Shown here: positions 1-10,824 of the stretch, in pieces
How positions within the stretch are numbered: the first letter of the stretch is position 1
Layout of the letters: each line of letters begins with the position of its first letter
Assembly: GCA_964517795.1 (NCBI GenBank)
Contig: CAZFDE010000005.1
Coordinates: 3,701-67,700 of the forward strand
Length of the DNA stretch: 64,000 nucleotides
Source of the DNA: an uncultured Pirellulales bacterium
GTDB lineage: Bacteria > Planctomycetota > Phycisphaerae > Sedimentisphaerales > Anaerobacaceae
Reading direction: 5' to 3'
The notes under the pieces: generated by a model
The model's database searches: none
What the model was told of the DNA's origin: nothing
The model's input: only the letters and a program-made list of their open reading frames with translations
Made by a program: the position numbers and the translations under genes

Positions 1-1
1 C

Positions 2-982
2 ATCGGTGAGGCTCAAAGCTATGCCCGAACGATCGCCAACCGGCCGGCCAATATTATCAATCCGCCGGAATTGGCATCGACCGCCAAAAAATTAGCCGGT
101 CAGTATAAGGAGCTGACCTGTACGGTGTATGACGAAAAGCAGCTCAAGCAAAAAAAGATGGGCGGCATCCTGGCGGTCGGCGGCGGTTCGAAAACCCCGC
201 CCAGACTGATTATATTGAAATATACACCCAAGGCCGCCAAAGCCAAAAAGCTTCCGACGATTGCACTGGTCGGCAAGGCCGTAACCTTTGATTCCGGCGG
301 GATCAGCATCAAACCGTCTGCGAACATGGACCAGATGAAGCTCGACAAGTCCGGCGGTATCGCTGTGCTGGGCACAATGAAGGCGATCAGTGAGTTGCAG
401 GTGCCGATTGAGGTTTACGGGCTGATCCCGTCTGCGGAAAATATGCCCGGCGGTTCGAGCTATCGGCCCGGCGATATCGTCCAAACCTACAGCGGCAAGA
501 GCGTCGAGGTGCTCAATACCGATGCCGAGGGAAGGATGATCCTCTGTGATGCGCTGCATTATGCGACCGAGCAGAAGTGTGATATGATTGTAGATATTGC
601 GACGTTGACCGGGGCATGTATGGTGGCGCTGGGCAAATACATGGCGGGTGTGATGAGTAATGACGATAAGATGCTTAAACAGTTGAAGGCGGCCTCGAAG
701 CAGAGCGGCGAAAAGATATGGCACCTGCCGTGCAGTGAGGAATACGAAAAGGAAATGAAAAGTAAGATCGCGGACCTTCGTAATATCGGCAGCCGCTGGG
801 GCGGCGCCTGCACCGCGGCGGCATTTCTTAAACAATTTATCGGCGAAACCCGGTGGGCGCATATCGATATGGCCGGGGTGGATTTGTTCGAAAAGGCCGA
901 CGCCTTTTCATCGGAGGGATCCGGCGGATTCGGCGTGCGACTGTTAACCACGTTTGTTATGAATGCAGCAGGCAAGAAATAA
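2..982 (+). CDS. pepA: Leucyl aminopeptidase (M17 family), 5'-partial
   Basis: The frame is open from the window edge (IGEAQSYARTIANRPANIINPPEL...). M17 catalytic-domain motifs are present: VGKAVTFDSGGISIKP and NTDAEGRMILCDAL. Confidence 0.9.
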   Translation: MGEAQSYARTIANRPANIINPPELASTAKKLAGQYKELTCTVYDEKQLKQKKMGGILAVGGGSKTPPRLIILKYTPKAAKAKKLPTIALVGKAVTFDSGGISIKPSANMDQMKLDKSGGIAVLGTMKAISELQVPIEVYGLIPSAENMPGGSSYRPGDIVQTYSGKSVEVLNTDAEGRMILCDALHYATEQKCDMIVDIATLTGACMVALGKYMAGVMSNDDKMLKQLKAASKQSGEKIWHLPCSEEYEKEMKSKIADLRNIGSRWGGACTAAAFLKQFIGETRWAHIDMAGVDLFEKADAFSSEGSGGFGVRLLTTFVMNAAGKK

Positions 983-994
983 GGGGCGATACGC

Positions 995-1585
995 ATGGGA
1001 CCAGCACATAAACAAAGCAATATAGATAACGAGAAAATCGAAAAGGCAGTTAGTGAAATCCTCGAGGCGATCGGTGAAGACCCGGCCCGCGAAGGCCTTC
1101 GCGATACGCCGGCACGTGTGGCACGGATGTATAGCGAACTATTATCGGGGATGCATGAGGATCCAAGTGGACATATCGAGAGTGTCTTCCACGAAAAATA
1201 CAATGAGATCGTTTTGCTGCGTGATATTCCGTTTTCCAGCGTCTGCGAACATCATATGATGCCGTTTATCGGCTCGGCGCATGTGGCGTATCTGCCGGAC
1301 GGCAAGGTCTTAGGGGTCAGTAAACTGGCTCGGATCGTTGATTGCTTCGCCAAGCGTCTGCAGGTACAGGAGCGATTGACTAATCAGATCGCCGACTTTT
1401 TAATGAACCAGTTGAACCCGCAGGGAGTTGCGGTCGTGCTTCAGGCATCCCATAGCTGCATGACGATCCGGGGAATCAAAAAGCCCGGTTCGGTGATGGT
1501 GACTTCAGCGCTGCGGGGCATCTTTATCCGCGACCCGCGCAGCCGCAGCGAGGTGCTGAGCCTGATGCATAACGAAAACACATAA
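995..1585 (+). CDS. folE: GTP cyclohydrolase I
   Basis: 196 aa with the classic FolE motifs: [16 protein letters not shown] and [11 protein letters not shown]. Confidence 0.93.
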   Translation: MGPAHKQSNIDNEKIEKAVSEILEAIGEDPAREGLRDTPARVARMYSELLSGMHEDPSGHIESVFHEKYNEIVLLRDIPFSSVCEHHMMPFIGSAHVAYLPDGKVLGVSKLARIVDCFAKRLQVQERLTNQIADFLMNQLNPQGVAVVLQASHSCMTIRGIKKPGSVMVTSALRGIFIRDPRSRSEVLSLMHNENT

Positions 1586-1595
1586 CGGTTTGGGT

Positions 1596-2399
1596 ATGCA
1601 TACGCTCTCTCGCCAAGTCCGTTTTTGTATCAATCCTTTTTTGCCGCAGGATGCATGGGGAGCGAATTCGCATTGCGCGATGCCCTCGGGAGAGGGATTG
1701 GGTTTGTATATGGAACTGACAGTCCATCTTTGCGGGCCTGTCAATGCGGCGACCGGATTTGTGATGAATGTGTCGGATATCGATGCCTGTGTTCAACAGG
1801 AGGCGATTCCGATTTTTTCAAAGCGGTTCCGCCAGTTGTTTGATCGTAAACAGCATCTTGGGCTCGAGGATCTGTCCGCGTTGCTTCGAGAGGTGTTGGT
1901 TCAATTGTCCGATTGTTTAGCGGATATTAACCTTGTTCAAATGGATCTGGCCCTGACCCCGAATCGCCGGATCGCGATTGTTCGTGAGGAAGAGAATATG
2001 GTTTATTTCAGCGAGAAATTCGAATTTTCGGCGATGCATACGCTGTGTAATGCCCGGTTTGACGAGCAGCAAAACCAGGATGTCTTCGGCAAATGTGCCA
2101 ATCCGGCCGGTCATGGCCATAATTATATCATCGAGGTGAAGGCGAAACTGCCCGAGCAGGGTAAATCATTTGAGACGGCCGCGTTTGAAGAGATCGTTAA
2201 CCGCGAATTTATCGAACAGGTGGATCATAAGAATCTCAATGTCGATGTGCTGGCATTTGCCAAGCTGAATCCGACGGTTGAGAACATCGCCAAGGTGGCA
2301 TGGACTTGCCTAAACGGCAAGATGAATGATGCTACGCTTGAATGTGTGACCATTTGGGAAAATGACCGAACCTGGTGCACTTATACCGAACCCAGCTAA
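1596..2399 (+). CDS. 6-carboxytetrahydropterin / 6-pyruvoyl-tetrahydropterin synthase family protein (long form)
   Basis: PTPS/QueD signature CANPAGHGHNYIIEV. It lies directly downstream of folE. The ATG at 1596 is preferred over the TTG at 1590. Confidence 0.75.
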   Translation: MHTLSRQVRFCINPFLPQDAWGANSHCAMPSGEGLGLYMELTVHLCGPVNAATGFVMNVSDIDACVQQEAIPIFSKRFRQLFDRKQHLGLEDLSALLREVLVQLSDCLADINLVQMDLALTPNRRIAIVREEENMVYFSEKFEFSAMHTLCNARFDEQQNQDVFGKCANPAGHGHNYIIEVKAKLPEQGKSFETAAFEEIVNREFIEQVDHKNLNVDVLAFAKLNPTVENIAKVAWTCLNGKMNDATLECVTIWENDRTWCTYTEPS

Positions 2400-4693
2400 A
2401 AGTGTTCCATCCAGTTTTCAGCGAAACCGGCAAGATCAACCAGGGTTATTTGTCCGTCTGCATCGTAGTCTAAACCTGTTTGAGCCGGTGCATTCAGCCA
2501 GATATTGCACAATGTGGACAGATCAAGCATATCCACCCGGGCTGAACCATCTGCATCACCAAAGAGGCAGTGAAAACGAATCGTGTAGGTATTGTCTGCC
2601 GGATTTGTATCATCATCCAGCAGTGTATTGTTATTGGCATCGGTAATTGATGTGCAATCAAGCTTGAGTTCATATGTGTCATCCGGCAGCATGTCCGTAT
2701 AATTTGAATCGTTATCGATATCAAAAGTTAGTACCATCGTACGGTTTGCGAAATGATAATCAAATAGAATTTGATTGGGATCGATGGTAGTTCCGTTAAA
2801 TGTTCCGGTCAGTGATATGTCATTCGCTTCAATATTGACGTCTCGGTTAAAGACAACCGCAATATCAGTGACAGTTGACCGTTGTTCGAGTCCATTAGCA
2901 ACACGAGTCGATTGAACATAAAGTCCCGGATCCGTATCGCCGGTTACTTCCAACTCCATGATCGTGGTGTAACCCAGTTGCCCGCCTGGGGTGCCGATGA
3001 TTCGTATTGCGTCCCCGACGGTAGGGGCAAAATCGAAACCAATTGTCTGATACATTTGATATTGGTCCAGCTCCGGGATCATTTGCAAATTAGCCGGCTG
3101 GATGAACTGACCATCGCGCAGGATCTGGACAGTGAGATCTTCAAAGAAACCGCCCCGTGGATTGTCCAGTCGATTATATGTATTGATCCCGTACCAGATG
3201 ATATCACCTTCATAAAATGTGAGTGAATCGAATTTGACTGGTTTGGAGAAATTTAATTGATACCAGTCTTCAGTTGACTTTTCGCAGGGATCGGCCGTCC
3301 AATAGCTGTAATAGGCTTTATGGCCATTGTATGAGTTGTCTATAATTCCGTCGATAATTGCATAGAGATTCCGTCGGTCATCATTTGTGTTGTAATACTG
3401 GATGGCCGCGGTCGGCGTAACGGTAATACCGGCGGCCTGTGCTTGGGCAACCAGTCCGGTTGGGCCGTTGGGATCCGGTTTTTCAGGTGCAATCGTGATC
3501 GTATTGTTATCCGGGATATGATATGTTTTATTGGGATCGTATGTGATATACCCGCTATTTCCGAGGATATTCTCTTCGGCCAAATCAGCCAGTTTGGATG
3601 CGATATTTGTTATTGTATCATATTGCGGTCGATAGAGATTCGGATCGGGCAGATACGGACGATATACATTTTTATACGTATCTCCGCATATATTGGGATC
3701 GGTCAAATCAGCAGGTAAACCACTGTACCCATTGATGATTCCGATCAGGCCGGCGGCGGTAGCCGGATTACAGTCGTTATCCCAACCGGCCAGAACGCTG
3801 ATTTGAACCGTATCTTTAAAATCGCCGTTTCCGTATAGCAGTGCGAGCACAGTCGCACCGGTATTGATTGCTGATTCGATCCAATTGTAATAACGACCAT
3901 AGTCACAAGCTCCCTGATAATCATCGTAGAGTTTTTGACGTGTTTGTCGCCAGTTCGGATCGCCGTCATTGATATCTTCGAGATACCAGTTCAGAACGTC
4001 ATCAATGACCTGATAGGTGCGACTGGTGGTGGGGATAACCTGCATTGTATTTGTTACAAGGGTAAAAACATTCGGTTCAAAAAAGGCCTGGGCATACATG
4101 GCCGCATAGAATTGAGCCGCATGAACCGGGAAGCCTTCATTACTGATATGCGCGAATTTTGAGGTCAGGTCGAGCGATTGCTGAATCATTCCCGGGCAAA
4201 TCGCACCAATACATTCAGTCGTGATCTGCGAATCAATCGAATACCAGTGTTCATTATAGGCTCGAGAACCGGTATCGGGAGGTAAATACCCATCGCCCAT
4301 CAGATGCCATGCCTGGCGGTTGGCAATATAGATTCCCATGGCAATGATATGATGTTGCCATTGGTTGCTTATATCGCTTTCATTGCAGTCCAGACCGTTG
4401 GCTTCGAGGATATGCATCGCAATATATTCGATGTCCGTATCGTCATCGGCATCCCAGGTTTGTTTGATGACCCACGGCACACATGGGTCTGGATTGGGAT
4501 AAATTTGGAAATCCCCTTCGGTAGGACGACCGGCAGCATTTCCAATCAGTTGACCAAGCCACATGCCGCGTATTTTATCTTCAAGCTGCTGATTGGCAAT
4601 CATCTTTTCAGCGGCTTCTGTCACAGAAAAAATATTTGATATAAATAGGGTAAGTGTAAATACAATAATAATGCTACTATATGAAATTTTCAT
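2396..4693 (-). CDS. Secreted ADP-ribosylglycohydrolase-fold protein with a CBM/discoidin-like middle region and C-terminal dockerin-like repeats
   Basis: N-terminal signal peptide (MKISYSSIIIVFTLTLFISNIFS). ARH-like motifs GMWLGQLIGNAAGRPTEG and VLAGWDNDCNPATAAGLIG. C-terminal Ca-binding-type repeats GDADGSARVDMLDLSTL and DYDADGQITLVDLAGF. Confidence 0.6.
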   Translation of the reverse strand: MKISYSSIIIVFTLTLFISNIFSVTEAAEKMIANQQLEDKIRGMWLGQLIGNAAGRPTEGDFQIYPNPDPCVPWVIKQTWDADDDTDIEYIAMHILEANGLDCNESDISNQWQHHIIAMGIYIANRQAWHLMGDGYLPPDTGSRAYNEHWYSIDSQITTECIGAICPGMIQQSLDLTSKFAHISNEGFPVHAAQFYAAMYAQAFFEPNVFTLVTNTMQVIPTTSRTYQVIDDVLNWYLEDINDGDPNWRQTRQKLYDDYQGACDYGRYYNWIESAINTGATVLALLYGNGDFKDTVQISVLAGWDNDCNPATAAGLIGIINGYSGLPADLTDPNICGDTYKNVYRPYLPDPNLYRPQYDTITNIASKLADLAEENILGNSGYITYDPNKTYHIPDNNTITIAPEKPDPNGPTGLVAQAQAAGITVTPTAAIQYYNTNDDRRNLYAIIDGIIDNSYNGHKAYYSYWTADPCEKSTEDWYQLNFSKPVKFDSLTFYEGDIIWYGINTYNRLDNPRGGFFEDLTVQILRDGQFIQPANLQMIPELDQYQMYQTIGFDFAPTVGDAIRIIGTPGGQLGYTTIMELEVTGDTDPGLYVQSTRVANGLEQRSTVTDIAVVFNRDVNIEANDISLTGTFNGTTIDPNQILFDYHFANRTMVLTFDIDNDSNYTDMLPDDTYELKLDCTSITDANNNTLLDDDTNPADNTYTIRFHCLFGDADGSARVDMLDLSTLCNIWLNAPAQTGLDYDADGQITLVDLAGFAENWMEHF

Positions 4694-5267
4694 TATATAC
4701 TCCCTTAGTTTTCAAATTCTTAGTATACCATTTTTTCTGCTCAGTAAAAGGTGTTCATCCGGTATTTTTAAGATTGTCCGATAAAAACGCGTATATTCTT
4801 ATTGAAAATGCGGCTAAATGCTGTCATTCTGTGGAAATTATTCGTTTGAATGAAACCGTAAATAAGGCGCTAAATAATGAACTTATGGGACGTTGGAACG
4901 TATTGATTTCGTTTTATATACGGTGTGAAATCACGGCATTACGATCACATATGAACTAAAGCTATGTTCTTTATTTGACGATACTTAAGCTATATAAGCA
5001 ACAGCGATCAAACCTGAGCGGTTTTTTCACCTCGCAGGGCTTTGGCGCTCTGTAAATTTTTCTTGTTGGTTTGTCCGGATTTTGGTGTCAACCAACGGGG
5101 ACGGAGTCCACATATCGTCGCTTCCTTCTACGCCAAAACTTCAGCGGTCGTCAATAGGGCGATGGTGGACAGGTCGAAGGACAGACATTACTGGTTTCTG
5201 GTTGCTATTTCACGAATGGATTCGTGCCCCTTTAATTGCATGTCGTTTAGATTGATTTAGAGGATTG

Positions 5268-6236
5268 ATGAGAGTACTGATCACAGGCGGTGCGGGCTTT
5301 ATCGGTTCGCATCTAGCGCAATATCTGATAAGCAACGGCCATTCGGTCGATGTTCTGGACAATTTAAGCACAGGCTCAAAAGCCAATATAGCCGAACTTG
5401 AATCCAAGTCCGGCTTTCGCTTTTATGAGGGGGATATTCAGGATACCAGGTTGGTCGATAAACTGACCCGGGATGCGGATATGGTGTACCACCTGGCGGC
5501 CGCGGTTGGTGTTCGGCTGATCGCTGAAAATCCGGTTCAGACCATTGAAACCAATATCAGCGGCACACAGGTTGTTCTCGAGGCGGCCAATCGATATCGA
5601 AAAAAGATCCTGCTGGCCTCCAGCAGCGAGGTGTATGGCAAAAGCGATTCGGTGCCTTTCGCAGAGGATGATGACCTTGTTCTCGGCAGTACTTCGGTTT
5701 CCCGTTGGTCGTATGCATGCAGCAAGGCGATCGACGAATTTTTAGGAATGGCGTTTTATCATCAATACGCCCTTGAGGTTATCATTGCCCGTTTTTTTAA
5801 TACCATTGGGCCGCGTCAGACCGGTCAATACGGCATGGTGGTTCCCCGGTTTATTCAGCAGGCATTGAAAAACGAGCCGTTGAGTATTTATGGCGATGGC
5901 AAGCAGACACGGTGTTTTTGTTATGTCGATGATGTGGTCGAGGCGATTGTCGGCTTGATGGATTCAGAGTCGGCCGGACACATTTATAATATCGGGACGC
6001 AGGAAGAAGTCAGTATCGAGCAGTTAGCCGATAAAGTGATTGCATTATCAGCCAGTACCAGCAGCAAAACGTTTATTCCCTATGATATTGCTTACGGGCG
6101 GCCGATGGAGGATATGATGCGGCGTGTGCCGGATATCAAGCGAATCGGCAAGGCAATCGGATGGACGCCGAAGGTGTCACTTGATGAAGCGCTGAATTTG
6201 ATCATTGAACATTTACGGGTAGCAAGCGACTATTGA
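5268..6236 (+). CDS. NAD-dependent epimerase/dehydratase (UDP-glucuronate decarboxylase / GalE-like SDR)
   Basis: Rossmann motif ITGGAGFIGSHL, SSSEVYGK and the YxxxK motif (YACSKAIDE). An AGAGGA RBS lies ahead of the ATG at 5268. Confidence 0.8.
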   Translation: MRVLITGGAGFIGSHLAQYLISNGHSVDVLDNLSTGSKANIAELESKSGFRFYEGDIQDTRLVDKLTRDADMVYHLAAAVGVRLIAENPVQTIETNISGTQVVLEAANRYRKKILLASSSEVYGKSDSVPFAEDDDLVLGSTSVSRWSYACSKAIDEFLGMAFYHQYALEVIIARFFNTIGPRQTGQYGMVVPRFIQQALKNEPLSIYGDGKQTRCFCYVDDVVEAIVGLMDSESAGHIYNIGTQEEVSIEQLADKVIALSASTSSKTFIPYDIAYGRPMEDMMRRVPDIKRIGKAIGWTPKVSLDEALNLIIEHLRVASDY

Positions 6237-9200
6237 AATCGACTCATTTACAAACCGGTGCCGGCTGGGATTATCTGATCGTAACCGCCTCCAATGAATC
6301 TCAGGCCAAAGCTTATCAATCGCAGCTTAATATTCGCCAAAAGCTCGGTCTGTTGGCCGGTGTTGATAAGGTACTGGTTGTTTCCGACCCTCAAGGCCAG
6401 CGGATCGGCAGCGGCGGCAGTACGTTGTTATGCCTGATGCATGTTTTGAAAAATTCGTTCAAGAAATCAATCGCTCGATCGTCACCGAAGCAGTGGCGGG
6501 ACGTTTTAAGCAAGCTTCGCATATTGATTATTCACGCCGGAGGTGATTCGCGACGACTGACGGCCTACGGCGCCTGCGGCAAGATCTTTTTGCCGGTTCC
6601 GGGTGAAACGGACCGGGCAATCTATTTGAGCTTGTTTGATCGTCAGCTTCCGACCTATCTGGCATTGCCTCAAACCTCGCCCGGTACGGGACAGGTCGTT
6701 ATTACATCGGGCGATGTTCTGCTACGGTTCGACCCGACATCGGTGTGTTTTGCCGATGAGGGAATTACCGCCCTGGCCTGTTATGCATCACCGCAACAGG
6801 CCGCCCGTCACGGTGTGTTCTGCTGCGGTCCGGATCATACGGTACGTCGGTATTTGCAAAAGCCCTCGATCGCCAATCAGAAAAAATATGGGGCGATAGA
6901 CCTCTATGAGCGAAGCTGTCTGGATATCGGGGTTATGAATTTCGATGCTTCGACAGCAGTACAATTGTTGAAGTGTTTTGGGGCGATATTTGATCGCCGA
7001 CAGAATATTGATTTTCGTCCCTCTTTCAAAAAAGCTATCTTTTCAAAAGGGCTGGATTTTTATCGAGAGATCTGTTGTGCGTTTGGGTCCCAAACGCAAT
7101 TTTCGGATTTTGAAAAAAATGCGTACCATGGCGGCTCCACATGGTCAACATCTTCGTTGAAAATAATATACCAACGGCTGCATGAGACGAAATTTTACAT
7201 GCAGCTTCTGACGCATTGTGAGTTTTTGGATTTTGGCAGTACGCAATCCATTATCCCCAGCGCAGGACGGCTGCTGCAGGAAGACAGGGGGCTTGCCGGG
7301 ACGCATGCCGCCATCGATTTGAACAATCATATTAGTGATACAGGGCAGATTGTCGGACACAACGCCTGGATAGAAGGATGTTCAATTAAAAATGAACTGA
7401 GAGTGAGCGGGCAGAATATGGTTGTGGGCGTGGACGTCGCCGAGCCGTTAACGGTGCCGCCGCAAATGTGTCTGGATGTGATCGAGGGCACGGTCAACAG
7501 ACGAAAAGTATGGTTTGTTCGCTGTTACGGACTGAACGATTCATTCAAGCAGCCGCTTTCTTCGAAAATTCAATTTTGCGGAATGGATATTCGTTGCTGG
7601 CTTGAAACCATCGGCGCAAAAGCCTCTGATATCTGGGATGCAAAGTTAAAGGACAGCCAAAGAAGCCTCTGGAATGCGAAGCTGTTTGCCGCCGTTCAAA
7701 AACCGGGTGCTTATCGTGATTTTATCTGGATGCTTGAGCCGGATAAGGCATCAGATCAGGACATTACGCTCTGGAAGAAATCGCGCCGATACAGTTTCGA
7801 ACAGATGCTTGATCTGGCGGATCATAAACAGTTCCTGCAGCGGCGGATCGCATTGACTGCAAAACGCATCGCGAATTCTTTGGGCAAGCTGTTTTCGCCG
7901 GACAGTCATTTTTCAGCATCAGAGTTATCATTTATTTTGAAAAACACAACCTGCAAGAGTCTATTATTAGCTGAAATTGTCGAGCCGTTGAAGAATCATC
8001 ACCAGAACAATGCGTTGTCCGGCAGCGATGTATTTGTGTATCCGCGAATTCTTCACTCGACGGCAACGGCGCTTTCGCAACTTAGTAAAACGAATACGGT
8101 TTTCACAAAGGCGATAGCGCCGTCTAAACAATCGTTAAGTCCGCAGCAAAAACGATGGCTGCGTATCAACGAGCTGTCGATCCGACCCGATGAACGTATT
8201 TCAACGTGGACAAATAAAGCGAAAGCCAAGGCCTTTACCTATCTCGGCGATGCGATCGTTTCCAGTGCCGGGCAGAAACAGCCGCGGCCGCATCATGTGC
8301 TGCGAAGCGATGAGATCATCTGGGCGAGGAGTCCGGCCCGGTTGGATTTTGCCGGAGGTTGGACGGATACCCCTCCTTATGCGCTGGAATACGGCGGCTG
8401 TGTGGTCAACGGTGCGATCGACCTCAATGGCCAGCCTCCGATCCATGTGTATGCTCGGATAATCAACGAACCAGTGATCCGAATCGGTTCGATCGATGTG
8501 GGGGTACGGATTGAAATCCATAAACTGGACGATCTACTGGATTATCGTAAGGCCACCAGCAGTTTTGCACTGGCCAAAGCGGCCCTGGCATTGTCGGGGT
8601 TTTCTCCTGAATATGCGGACTGGAAACAAACAGTGACCTTGAAACGGATGCTGAACGAATTTGGCGGCGGGATCGAATTGACCACGCTGGCGGCAATCCC
8701 GAAGGGCAGCGGCCTGGGGACATCCAGTATCATGGGCGCGGCCCTGGTTTCGGCGATCGAACGAATGAAGGGCAATGTGCTTTCCCCCCGAGAGTTATTT
8801 CACAGTGTACTGCGTCTGGAACAGGCGCTGACCACCGGCGGCGGCTGGCAGGATCAGATCGGCGGAACGGTTGATGGCGTCAAGAAAATTATTGCCGAAG
8901 CGGGGATGATCCCGAATACCGCGATTCATTATCTGCCGGATGATATTGTGAATAGCCGATCCAACGGCGGTCAAACACTGTTGTATTACACCGGTATTAC
9001 GCGATTAGCGAAAAATATCCTGCAGCAGGTGGTCGGCCGATATCTCGATCGCGATCGCGCGACGATGGCCACATTGCATCAGATTCATCAATTGACCGAT
9101 CAGATGAGTGACGTTTTTGTAAAAAAGGATACCGAACAGTTCGGAATGTTTATTGATCGCGCTTGGTCGCTGAATAAGCAGCTTGATCCCAATAGTACGA

Positions 9201-9418
9201 ACCCGCAAATCGAACGGTTGCTCAAGCGGGTTCGGCCGTATATCATTGGTGCGAAATTGTTAGGTGCCGGCGGCGGCGGGTTTTTGCTGATGGTTTGTCG
9301 ATCCCCAGTGCATGCGGTTCAGCTTAAAACGAAGCTTAAAAAGAATCCTCCGAATCCGCGAGCCCGTTTTTTCGAATACACTGTTAGTCGTAACGGCCTG
9401 GTGGTAACGGTATGTTAA
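6233..9418 (+). CDS. fkp: Bifunctional L-fucokinase / fucose-1-phosphate guanylyltransferase
   Basis: 1061 aa. The N-terminal half is nucleotidyltransferase/fucokinase-like (WDYLIVTASNESQAKAY, IHAGGDSRRL). The C-terminal half is a GHMP kinase (ARLDFAGGWTDTPPY, IPKGSGLGTSS). The TTG start overlaps the upstream stop codon. Confidence 0.8.
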   Translation: MKSTHLQTGAGWDYLIVTASNESQAKAYQSQLNIRQKLGLLAGVDKVLVVSDPQGQRIGSGGSTLLCLMHVLKNSFKKSIARSSPKQWRDVLSKLRILIIHAGGDSRRLTAYGACGKIFLPVPGETDRAIYLSLFDRQLPTYLALPQTSPGTGQVVITSGDVLLRFDPTSVCFADEGITALACYASPQQAARHGVFCCGPDHTVRRYLQKPSIANQKKYGAIDLYERSCLDIGVMNFDASTAVQLLKCFGAIFDRRQNIDFRPSFKKAIFSKGLDFYREICCAFGSQTQFSDFEKNAYHGGSTWSTSSLKIIYQRLHETKFYMQLLTHCEFLDFGSTQSIIPSAGRLLQEDRGLAGTHAAIDLNNHISDTGQIVGHNAWIEGCSIKNELRVSGQNMVVGVDVAEPLTVPPQMCLDVIEGTVNRRKVWFVRCYGLNDSFKQPLSSKIQFCGMDIRCWLETIGAKASDIWDAKLKDSQRSLWNAKLFAAVQKPGAYRDFIWMLEPDKASDQDITLWKKSRRYSFEQMLDLADHKQFLQRRIALTAKRIANSLGKLFSPDSHFSASELSFILKNTTCKSLLLAEIVEPLKNHHQNNALSGSDVFVYPRILHSTATALSQLSKTNTVFTKAIAPSKQSLSPQQKRWLRINELSIRPDERISTWTNKAKAKAFTYLGDAIVSSAGQKQPRPHHVLRSDEIIWARSPARLDFAGGWTDTPPYALEYGGCVVNGAIDLNGQPPIHVYARIINEPVIRIGSIDVGVRIEIHKLDDLLDYRKATSSFALAKAALALSGFSPEYADWKQTVTLKRMLNEFGGGIELTTLAAIPKGSGLGTSSIMGAALVSAIERMKGNVLSPRELFHSVLRLEQALTTGGGWQDQIGGTVDGVKKIIAEAGMIPNTAIHYLPDDIVNSRSNGGQTLLYYTGITRLAKNILQQVVGRYLDRDRATMATLHQIHQLTDQMSDVFVKKDTEQFGMFIDRAWSLNKQLDPNSTNPQIERLLKRVRPYIIGAKLLGAGGGGFLLMVCRSPVHAVQLKTKLKKNPPNPRARFFEYTVSRNGLVVTVC

Positions 9419-9452
9419 TCGGTCTATTATATTTCTAAGCGGGAGATTATGA

Positions 9453-10760
9453 ATGAAATTATCGGTAGTGGGAGTCGGGTATGTGGGTTTGGTTGCGGCG
9501 GCGTGTTTTGCCGAAGGCGGCAATCATGTGATCTGCGTGGATAACGACAAGAAGAAGATCAATAACCTGAAAAAGGGAATTATTCCGATCTATGAGCCGG
9601 GATTGACGGAGCTTGTTGAAAGTAATGAGCAGGCCGGCCGACTGCGGTTTACCACCGACCTCAAAGAAGGCGTCGATAACTCGAAGATTATTTTTCTGGG
9701 CGTTGGTACGCCCAGTGCGCCGGATGGGTCTGCGGACATTTCGGCGGTGCTCAATGTTTGCGGTCAGATCGCCGAGATCATGCAGGATTATAGGATCATT
9801 GTAACCAAAAGCACAGTACCGGTGGGGACGCACAAACAAGTCGAATCGTTGATCAAAAGCAAGACCGATCAGCCCTTTGATTATGTCAGTAATCCGGAAT
9901 TTTTGAAGGAAGGGGCGGCCGTCGAGGATTTCATGAAACCGGATCGCGTGATCGTCGGGACCAATAACCAGGAGGTTCGGGAATTATTCAAGCAGCTTTA
10001 CGCCCCGTTTATGCGCAAGTCCAGCCGGATTATTTTTATGGATCCAGCCAGTGCAGAGATGACCAAATATGCGGCCAATGTCATGCTGGCGACGCGGATA
10101 TCGTTTATGAATGAACTTTCGGGATTATGTGAAAAGAAAGGGGCCGATATTGAAATGGTACGACACGGCATCGGCAGCGACCCGCGGATCGGCAATTCAT
10201 TCCTTTTTGCGGGGGTGGGATATGGCGGTAGTTGTTTTCCCAAGGATGTCCGGGCATTGATCTATATAGGCCGCCAAGAGGATTATCCGATGACCATTGC
10301 CGAAGCGGTACAGGACGCTAATCATCGTCAACACGATCGATTTGCGCATAAGATACTGAACTATTTTAAGGGCAAGGAAAAACAAACGACATTAGCGGTC
10401 TGGGGGTTGGCATTTAAGGCCAAGACCGATGACGTTCGGGAATCGCCGGCGATCTGGTGTATTGAAAAATTCGTCCGGGCGGGGATGGCGGTTCGTGCAT
10501 TCGATCCGGAGGCGATGGATTCGGCCCGAGTCGTATTGGAAGATTCGATCACGTACGGCAAGGATGAGTATTCGATCCTCGATGGGGCCGATGCATTGGT
10601 GGTATTAACCGACTGGCAGCCGTTTCGCACCCCGGATTTCGATGCGATCAAGGAAAAATTGAATCAGCCGGTTATTTTCGACGGCCGCAATTTATTTAAC
10701 ATAGATATCATGAAACGTCAGGATATGACTTATCATTCGATGGGCAGGCTGCAAACCTAA
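9453..10760 (+). CDS. ugd: UDP-glucose 6-dehydrogenase
   Basis: N-terminal VVGVGYVGLV motif, the catalytic GGSCFPKD motif, and a length of 435 aa. Confidence 0.92.
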   Translation: MKLSVVGVGYVGLVAAACFAEGGNHVICVDNDKKKINNLKKGIIPIYEPGLTELVESNEQAGRLRFTTDLKEGVDNSKIIFLGVGTPSAPDGSADISAVLNVCGQIAEIMQDYRIIVTKSTVPVGTHKQVESLIKSKTDQPFDYVSNPEFLKEGAAVEDFMKPDRVIVGTNNQEVRELFKQLYAPFMRKSSRIIFMDPASAEMTKYAANVMLATRISFMNELSGLCEKKGADIEMVRHGIGSDPRIGNSFLFAGVGYGGSCFPKDVRALIYIGRQEDYPMTIAEAVQDANHRQHDRFAHKILNYFKGKEKQTTLAVWGLAFKAKTDDVRESPAIWCIEKFVRAGMAVRAFDPEAMDSARVVLEDSITYGKDEYSILDGADALVVLTDWQPFRTPDFDAIKEKLNQPVIFDGRNLFNIDIMKRQDMTYHSMGRLQT

Positions 10761-10824
10761 TGCTTGTGGATGCTTATCCATTCCATGTATTTAATTCGAT
10801 AATGCTATAATGCAAGGATGATCA

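Noticed and set aside
92-1203. Long antisense ORFs (92..862 -, 100..375 -, 559..1203 -) opposite pepA/folE. Similar ones lie opposite nadE (42563..43201 +, 42673..43107 -) and the GT4 gene (16849..17268 -).
   Set aside because: These are typical shadow ORFs of GC-rich coding regions. Their translations are low-complexity and Arg/Pro/Ala-rich, without motifs, whereas the opposite-strand products carry unambiguous family signatures.
4694-5264. The 570-bp leader between divergent genes, examined for a riboswitch, a JUMPstart/ops (GGCGGTAG) element or an ncRNA.
   Set aside because: I found no ops sequence and no recognisable riboswitch consensus or strong conserved hairpin by eye. The small ORFs there (4681..4959, 5042..5260) lack support.
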